A stretch of DNA of 37,513 bases from a virus. Its lineage: Duplodnaviria > Caudoviricetes. Below are positions 32,363 through 37,513 of the stretch, in pieces. A program made the position numbers and the translations under genes. A model generated the notes under the pieces. The model did not search any database, had not been told where the DNA came from, and saw only the letters and a list, made by a program, of their open reading frames with translations. The number at the start of each line of letters is the position of its first letter. The first letter of the stretch is position 1. Where the stretch lies: IMG/VR virus record IMGVR_UViG_3300044645_001399, positions 1-37,513 of that record. One strand, written 5' to 3'.

Positions 32363-32637
32363 CGTTCATCTCCAGTGTGTGTGAATCCATCCAGCCAGTC
32401 CGCCACTGAACTGGACCCGCCGTGGCGCTCCCTCAGCACCTGCCCCAGCTCACCGGCGACGCTGCGGGCGACACCAGAGCACATCTCGCACGGCTTAGAG
32501 CACCGCGCCGGCATGGGGCAGGCGGCCAGGGATAGCCGGATGGAGGGTGTTGGTGGGCGCCGGGCCTGATCGCTGGTGACAGGCGCGGTGGCAATGCGGG
32601 CCATGGCCTGCTGGGTGGGGGTGGTGTAGGTGATCAT
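32359..32637 (-). CDS. Hypothetical Cys-rich protein
   Basis: 92 aa; C....C..PC..C; ATGA overlaps at both ends. Confidence 0.65.
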   Translation of the reverse strand: MITYTTPTQQAMARIATAPVTSDQARRPPTPSIRLSLAACPMPARCSKPCEMCSGVARSVAGELGQVLRERHGGSSSVADWLDGFTHTGDER

Positions 32638-32777
32638 CGTGATGGGGTGGGGTTGTGGATCCGGTCGTTCACGATCCGCCGCAGCAGATCGTTCATCCCC
32701 TCGCCAGGCCGGAGCTGGCGGCGGAGCGCCTCGACCTCGGGGAGGGTGAGGCAGATGGTTAGGCGGCGGGTTTCCAT
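32634..32777 (-). CDS. Small ribbon-helix-helix-like DNA-binding protein (47 aa)
   Basis: METRRLTICLTLPEVEALRRQLRPGEGMNDLLRRIV; alternating strand then two helices; TAATG overlap with the methyltransferase stop. Confidence 0.55.
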   Translation of the reverse strand: METRRLTICLTLPEVEALRRQLRPGEGMNDLLRRIVNDRIHNPTPSR

Positions 32778-33751
32778 TAGGCGGTCTCTAGGTCGAAGAG
32801 GGATGACTGATCGCCGGGCTGATCCGGCTCGCCGGCCAGCTCCAGGTTCCGCACTGCCTGCCGGTAGTAGCTGGGCTTCAGCTCGATGCCGACGCCACGG
32901 CGGCCAGCTTGCACCGCCCCGTAGACCTCGCTGCCGACGCCCATGAAGGGGGTCAGCACGGTCTCGCCGGGGTTGCTCCACATCACCACGGCTCGGTCAA
33001 TCACGTCCAGCTGAAGCGGGTGCACGTGCTTCTCGTCTTCGCCATCCCTAGCGCTGCGGAACTGCAGCACGTTGTCAATCCTGATGTCATCCCAAACGCT
33101 GGAGGCGTACTGCCGCCAAATCCATTGGCTGTACTGATTTTTTTTCTGATCTCCCTTCATACCTTTGTACCCGTTCAGGTCAGCTGGGACAGTTCGCTCG
33201 CCGCTGTAGTGCAGCAGGCCTACTTCGTGAGTCACTGGAACCGGATTCTCGCCCTTGCGGCGGAACATCAGCAGGTAGTCAGCGTTAGCGATGCTGTTGC
33301 GCGTGGAGTCCTCGCACAGTGTCTTGTGATGCAAGCTCTTCATCATGGTGCGATTGCGTACCAGCAGCGGCTCCTTCCAGATCACCCGCCGGCCGCCATA
33401 AGCAAATCCTCGGGCTTCGTGCTCGCGGATGATCCGGCCAGGCAGATCAAACATGGCATCGCATCCGGCATTGCTTAGCGGAATGTCCATGCAATGAACC
33501 GCTGAGATCCTGCCCGGCATTGTGATCCGGGAGATTTCGTCAATGCAAAATCCGTAATGAGCGAAAAACTCGTCATAGTTCAGGCAGTTGGACATATCCC
33601 GATCGTCGCTGCTGTACTGATACAGCCCGGCAAAGGGCGGAGAGTAGACGGTGAGGTGTACCGATTCATCTGGCAGGCCTTGCATTACTTCAATGCAGTC
33701 GCCGTTGTAGATGGCGTAGTTGTCTGTGATGAGCTGATCCTTTACAGCCAT
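32777..33751 (-). CDS. DNA amino-methyltransferase (N4-C/N6-A, beta class)
   Basis: GDCIEVM, motif IV YSPPF, HVHPLQ, motif I VLTPFMGVGSE, GIELK.SYY; catalytic motif precedes the SAM motif. Confidence 0.92.
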   Translation of the reverse strand: MAVKDQLITDNYAIYNGDCIEVMQGLPDESVHLTVYSPPFAGLYQYSSDDRDMSNCLNYDEFFAHYGFCIDEISRITMPGRISAVHCMDIPLSNAGCDAMFDLPGRIIREHEARGFAYGGRRVIWKEPLLVRNRTMMKSLHHKTLCEDSTRNSIANADYLLMFRRKGENPVPVTHEVGLLHYSGERTVPADLNGYKGMKGDQKKNQYSQWIWRQYASSVWDDIRIDNVLQFRSARDGEDEKHVHPLQLDVIDRAVVMWSNPGETVLTPFMGVGSEVYGAVQAGRRGVGIELKPSYYRQAVRNLELAGEPDQPGDQSSLFDLETA

Positions 33752-35178
33752 TGCGGGAGCCTCGGTGTAGTGGTGTAGAGATTGGTGCGCTTGATCGTGG
33801 TGGCGTTGTTCATCTGCGCCACCAGTTCCTCAAACATGGCGGACGCTCGCTCAGCCTTGCCGCGCATGTTTGCCAGCACTCTGGCCTCGCCCTCGGTGGC
33901 GATCACGTCAAGGTGGACCGTGCTCTGCTGGCCAAAGCGCCAGCAGCGGCGAACTGATTGGTAGTACTGCTCATAGCTGTGACTGGCGAACGTCACCACG
34001 TGGGCGCAATGTTGCCAGTTCAGCCCCCATGCGCCGATCTTTGGCTTGATCACCAGCACCCGCTGACGGCCATCGGCGAAGGCCTCATAGAGCTCCACCT
34101 TCCGATCGTCTGGAGTGCGGCCGGCAACCTGGGCAGCATCGGGGATCAGCTGCTCTAGCAGGTCGCCCTCGGCGTTGGTGTGGCACCAGATCACCGCAGG
34201 GCGATCATGCTCCACCAGCTGAGCCGCAAACTCGCAGCGCTCCTGCATGGTGCGCTTGCGCTCTTCCCGTTCCTCCGCCAGGCCAAAGGCGGGCATTGAG
34301 AACAGCATCCCCTCTGGCGGGGTGGCCGGGGCAATAATGTGATCACGCTCAACCAGAGGCGGCAGGATAAAGCCATCGTTGGCGAAACCCAGATCAGACG
34401 GCATCCGGCAAGCCCTAGCCCAGCTGGCCACCCAGCGCCAGAAATGTTCGCGGGCGTGATGCTTAAGGCGCCACTGGCCGATAGTCTGCGACACCCTGAA
34501 GGCCAGCTTTTTGTAGTAGTTGGCGTTGGCGTTGATCATCGCTTCGGCTGACTCTTGCAGGCGCTCTTCGCGTTTCTGGCCCTTGTCATCCAGCTGTGCA
34601 AAGAACCGGCGCAGCATGTCGCTGTAGCTCAGTTCACCCAGCGCTTCAGATGAATTGCCCAGCTCGGTGTAATCATTCGGCGCAGCTGTTGCCGTGCACA
34701 ACAGCCGGTACGGCATCTTGGCCATGAAGCGAGTGATCGCCTTTCTGGTGGAGCCGTTGAACGACTTCAAGATGCTCGACTCATCGCAGACAACCGCACC
34801 GAAATCAGCCGCATCAAACAGGTGGAGCCTGTCGTAGTTGGTGATCACAATCCGACCTGGCACGCTGCCATCGCTGGAGCGGTGGCACTCGATGCCGAAC
34901 TTCTCACCCTCGCGGATGGTTTGCGCAGCGACTGCCAGTGGGGTCAGGATCAGCACCGGGCGACCGGTGTGACGGGCTACATTCTCAGCCCATGTGAGCT
35001 GCATGGCGGTCTTACCTAAGCCGCAGTCCGCGAAGATCGCGGCACGGCCCTTGCGCACGGCCCACTGCACGAGGGCCTGCTGGAAGTCGAAAAGCTGCGG
35101 CGGCATGAACACTGGCTCGAAGCCATGATCAGCGCCGGTGTGTTGCTTTTGATCTAGAAATGCCTGGTAATCGCTCAT
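33742..35178 (-). CDS. SNF2-like superfamily 2 helicase/ATPase
   Basis: LFDFQ, ADCGLGKT (Walker A), VCDESS (Walker B), TATAAPN, GLNWQ, QSVRRCWRFGQ. Confidence 0.9.
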   Translation of the reverse strand: MSDYQAFLDQKQHTGADHGFEPVFMPPQLFDFQQALVQWAVRKGRAAIFADCGLGKTAMQLTWAENVARHTGRPVLILTPLAVAAQTIREGEKFGIECHRSSDGSVPGRIVITNYDRLHLFDAADFGAVVCDESSILKSFNGSTRKAITRFMAKMPYRLLCTATAAPNDYTELGNSSEALGELSYSDMLRRFFAQLDDKGQKREERLQESAEAMINANANYYKKLAFRVSQTIGQWRLKHHAREHFWRWVASWARACRMPSDLGFANDGFILPPLVERDHIIAPATPPEGMLFSMPAFGLAEEREERKRTMQERCEFAAQLVEHDRPAVIWCHTNAEGDLLEQLIPDAAQVAGRTPDDRKVELYEAFADGRQRVLVIKPKIGAWGLNWQHCAHVVTFASHSYEQYYQSVRRCWRFGQQSTVHLDVIATEGEARVLANMRGKAERASAMFEELVAQMNNATTIKRTNLYTTTPRLPQWL

Positions 35179-36344
35179 GCCACGGCCTCTACGTCAACAG
35201 ATGCAGTAGATGGATCAACCTCACGACGGCTGATCGGCTGAGGCGCAACGTATGGCTCAGTCGCCAAGCGATAAATGCGTTGACATGCCTCCACGGCTCC
35301 CCGCAACAGGTTCATGTCATCGCGAACCGAGTAAACACCTAGATCCGTCCTGCCCCTCATTTCCGCCAATCGACCATCACCGGAGCGAGCCAGGATATTT
35401 TTCAACCTAGCTTCAAGCGCATCGGCGCTGACCCGCAAGTTGTGTAGGTCGTTGCGGTAGTCCATGATGTCCTTACGCAATGCAGCCTCGTGCGCTTCGG
35501 CCTCCAGCTCCTCTTGCGATTTCTTGGGTTGCTTCGGTGGCTTTGTGCTGGCACCGCTTGCAGCGGTCTTGCCTGATTGTTTTTCTTGCCCAACCACCAG
35601 TGCAGGCTGTTCTTCATCTACTGGCTCGTTCTTAGCCTCTGCCGCCTCACGCTCTTTTCGCGCAATCTCCCGCTCGCGCGTCAGGTAGTTTTGGCTGAAG
35701 TCTCGCGGCGGTGGCGCCATCAGCCCATCTTTGGTCTGGCGCTTATCAACAGGCAGCGTCGCACAGATTTGTTCCCACTTCGCCAGGAACTGAGATTGAT
35801 CCTCTGCGTAGGGAGGTTGAGTGTCGCGAATGGCATTGCTATGAGCCACCGACTTCACGTCATCAGACCATTCCAAATCAGCGGACCAGTCATCAACGCG
35901 CGTGAACAAGCCTTGATAAGGCTCGATCTGCGAGTGATTTGTTGGCAGCGGCAGCGGCAGCATACCTTGATCGCTGCGCTTGCGATTTTCCGCCGCCAGC
36001 GTGGCATAGCAGGATGAATAGGCCATCAGATTGGCGGCGACTTTCTCGTCAATCTGTGCTTCTCGATTGCCTGTGCGTAAGCTGAACGGACGAACATCGC
36101 TTAGCCAGTAGTTCCAGGTGCGGGTCTTGCCTTTGTGTTTTGGATCGTCCCACTTTGGATCAAGCAGGTAGTCGCCAGACCACTTGCAATCCGAAAGCTC
36201 CTTGCCGAGCAAAAGGATCTCGCGGTGAACTGCATCACAAAGCACGTTGATATTGACAACTCGCGCAATGATGCGCTCAATGCCAGGGGCAGACCGATCA
36301 ACGGCTAAAAGCTCGCCGTCTCTTGTCATCAGATCTGAAGCCAT
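35175..36344 (-). CDS. Hypothetical protein (weakly DUF3102-like N-terminus, coiled-coil C-terminus)
   Basis: 389 aa; LGKEL..CK...Y...TW..WL...A.NLM...LPTN.SQI.P pattern; AT-richer; ATGA overlap with the helicase. Confidence 0.7.
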   Translation of the reverse strand: MASDLMTRDGELLAVDRSAPGIERIIARVVNINVLCDAVHREILLLGKELSDCKWSGDYLLDPKWDDPKHKGKTRTWNYWLSDVRPFSLRTGNREAQIDEKVAANLMAYSSCYATLAAENRKRSDQGMLPLPLPTNHSQIEPYQGLFTRVDDWSADLEWSDDVKSVAHSNAIRDTQPPYAEDQSQFLAKWEQICATLPVDKRQTKDGLMAPPPRDFSQNYLTREREIARKEREAAEAKNEPVDEEQPALVVGQEKQSGKTAASGASTKPPKQPKKSQEELEAEAHEAALRKDIMDYRNDLHNLRVSADALEARLKNILARSGDGRLAEMRGRTDLGVYSVRDDMNLLRGAVEACQRIYRLATEPYVAPQPISRREVDPSTASVDVEAVA

Positions 36345-36375
36345 TGCGGTATGGTTGGGGTGGACTGTTCAAAGT

Positions 36376-36415
36376 GGCCCGGCCGGGAATGCCCTTCCCG
36401 GCCGGGCCGTTTTTT
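36376..36415 (+). terminator. Rho-independent terminator-like hairpin with its U-tract on the + strand
   Basis: Perfect 14-bp stem GGCCCGGCCGGGAA/TTCCCGGCCGGGCC, 5-nt loop, followed by GTTTTTT; only ACTTT follows on the - strand. Confidence 0.75.
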
Positions 36416-37019
36416 AGTTGCCAGCGGGGGCAAGTGCGCGGCGGAAGCTGTTCATGTCAGCCGCGTCCTTGTCAGACCAAGCGCCAGCAGCTAGCCGTTG
36501 CTCAATGGCCTGATCCATCAACAGGCGAGCACGTTCAGGATCTACCTGGGCAAAGGCTTCGCAGGTGCGGCCATACTCCCGCTGAGCCTTACGGAACTTG
36601 TCGAGGAACTCATCGGTCGCAGCCTTGGCATCATCAACCGACGACAGGCGGATGCGATCGGTCAGCTCGTTGCCGACACCCCTAACCCGTTCGATTTTGA
36701 GATGAAAAACGGGATACAGGATCTCATTCAACTTGCCCAGCCCAGCAGCTGCCGATCGCTCTGACAGGTCGCCGTTAACGCAAATCACTGGGATGGTGGT
36801 ATCTCGGCCTTCGTGCTCAAACAGGTAAAGCACCCATCCAGGCAGGTTTGGTTTTTTGCCAGTAGTGATGTACGGGCGAGTGGCGCCGTTGTTAAGTAGA
36901 AACTCGTGCATACCAAAACGCTTAGACAGCATTTCGGAGATTTGATCAGGGCTGTAACCGGAGAACTCCAGGGGAGCTGCGGCGGTTGAGTAAACAGGCA
37001 TTGCGATGGCAGGAGCCAT
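36414..37019 (-). CDS. Hypothetical protein
   Basis: 201 aa, globular composition, AT-richer; first gene after the leftward promoter. Confidence 0.75.
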   Translation of the reverse strand: MAPAIAMPVYSTAAAPLEFSGYSPDQISEMLSKRFGMHEFLLNNGATRPYITTGKKPNLPGWVLYLFEHEGRDTTIPVICVNGDLSERSAAAGLGKLNEILYPVFHLKIERVRGVGNELTDRIRLSSVDDAKAATDEFLDKFRKAQREYGRTCEAFAQVDPERARLLMDQAIEQRLAAGAWSDKDAADMNSFRRALAPAGN

Positions 37020-37087
37020 GGAATAGCCGCCGAATGGCGGGGACTGTGTTAGGCGCGGCTGTCGCGTTGGACGTGCCGCGTGCGTGA

Positions 37088-37116
37088 ATCATACAGAGCG
37101 CGTCGCGTGGGTGCAA
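37088..37116 (-). promoter_or_regulatory. Sigma70-type promoter TTGCAC-N17-TATGAT (leftward)
   Basis: GTGCAA at 37111-37116 and ATCATA at 37088-37093 on the + strand, 17-nt spacer. Confidence 0.65.
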
Positions 37117-37119
37117 GAC

Positions 37120-37148
37120 TTGCTGACCGTAGCAGCGGCGGCTACAGT
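37120..37148 (+). promoter_or_regulatory. Sigma70-type promoter TTGCTG-N17-TACAGT (rightward)
   Basis: 17-nt spacer; 23 nt upstream of ATG 37172; back-to-back with the leftward promoter. Confidence 0.55.
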
Positions 37149-37171
37149 CCGCAAGCCCCCACCGCGAGCTG

Positions 37172-37303
37172 ATGCGTCTTGCCCATCCCACACCCGTGCG
37201 CCTGACGCCTGAGCTGTTGCGGCGGCTGGATGCCTGGCGTGGTGATGCCATGTCGCGTGCAACGGCGATCCGCGTGCTGCTGGAGCGGGCACTTAAGCAA
37301 TGA
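37172..37303 (+). CDS. Ribbon-helix-helix (CopG/Arc-like) regulator (43 aa)
   Basis: Manual translation MRLAHPTPVRLTPELLRRLDAWRGDAMSRATAIRVLLERALKQ; VRL...L...LD.....SR...IR..L..AL pattern. Confidence 0.75.
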   Translation: MRLAHPTPVRLTPELLRRLDAWRGDAMSRATAIRVLLERALKQ

Positions 37304-37513
37304 CCATTCAAGACCTCACCCGCGGCAGGTGGCCGGACCTGCTGGCGGCGCTGGGCGGGCTGTCCGCGGATCAGCTGACCGACAAGCACCAGCCCTGCCC
37401 ATGCTGCGGCGGCAGTGATCGCTACCGCTTCGACGACAAGGACGGCACCGGCTCCTGGTTCTGCAACCAGTGCGGCGGCAAGGATGGCGCCGGCGGGGGC
37501 GGCAATGGCATGG
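37300..37513 (+). CDS. Primase(-helicase), N-terminal P4 alpha-type Zn-ribbon (3'-truncated)
   Basis: Manual translation MTIQDLTRGRWPDLL...KHQPCPCCGGSDRYRFDDKDGTGSWFCNQCGG...GNGM; ATGA overlap. Confidence 0.88.
   Translation, partial: MTIQDLTRGRWPDLLAALGGLSADQLTDKHQPCPCCGGSDRYRFDDKDGTGSWFCNQCGGKDGAGGGGNGM

Larger units (their letters stand above)
1..37513. mobile_element. Siphovirus-type phage/prophage genome segment, probably a cyanophage; both ends lie outside the window
   Basis: Contiguous tail, lysis, regulatory and replication genes with 1-4 nt overlaps and no host housekeeping genes. Tape measure and chaperone frameshift with no sheath gene indicate a non-contractile tail. Confidence 0.95.

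Noticed and set aside
36946-37418. ORF-track calls 36946..37389 (-), 37089..37292 (-) and 37230..37418 (+)
   Set aside because: They conflict with the promoter pair, the RHH ORF and the primase Zn-ribbon frame, which have clear motifs.
1-37513. tRNA, rRNA, integrase, transposase or att site
   Set aside because: None recognised by eye; intergenic gaps are very short. Temperate versus lytic lifestyle cannot be decided from this window.

Overview
The whole 37.5-kb window is part of a GC-rich, long-tailed (siphovirus-type) phage or prophage. The host is most likely a picocyanobacterium (Synechococcus/Cyanobium-like), inferred from an NblA-like gene, a cyanobacterial-type sigma factor, frequent CGATCG sites and gene families typical of cyano-siphoviruses. 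No host genes, integrase, capsid or terminase are visible. Layout: (1) 1-17.7 kb, + strand tail morphogenesis: tail terminator, tail tube, chaperone with a -1 frameshift, tape measure with a lysozyme-like domain, tip proteins, two tube-like proteins, an S74-chaperone fibre and a repeat-rich second fibre/spike. (2) 17.7-22 kb, lysis cassette: three small membrane proteins, an unexpected clan GH-A glycoside hydrolase and a lysozyme+C39 endolysin, followed by an HNH nuclease and a metallophosphoesterase. (3) An NblA-like gene and a sigma-70 factor with a divergent region 4. (4) Two converging arrays of small modular early genes (Gp157, dcd, NrdR-like, membrane HTH) punctuated by repeated gene-boundary sequences. 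(5) A leftward operon with two unknown genes, SNF2-like helicase, DNA methyltransferase, RHH-like protein and a two-domain glycosyltransferase. (6) A divergent promoter pair, an RHH regulator and the start of a P4-type primase. The most notable signals are a recurring TAGCCTGAG-type motif ahead of late genes that may be read by the phage sigma factor, a second shared early-promoter motif, 27-bp 'ELEAQQ-stop/start' repeats that make a gene precisely excisable, the NblA-like protein, and the glycosyltransferase/glycoside hydrolase pair. All calls come from motif reading and recalled family features; no database searches were run.
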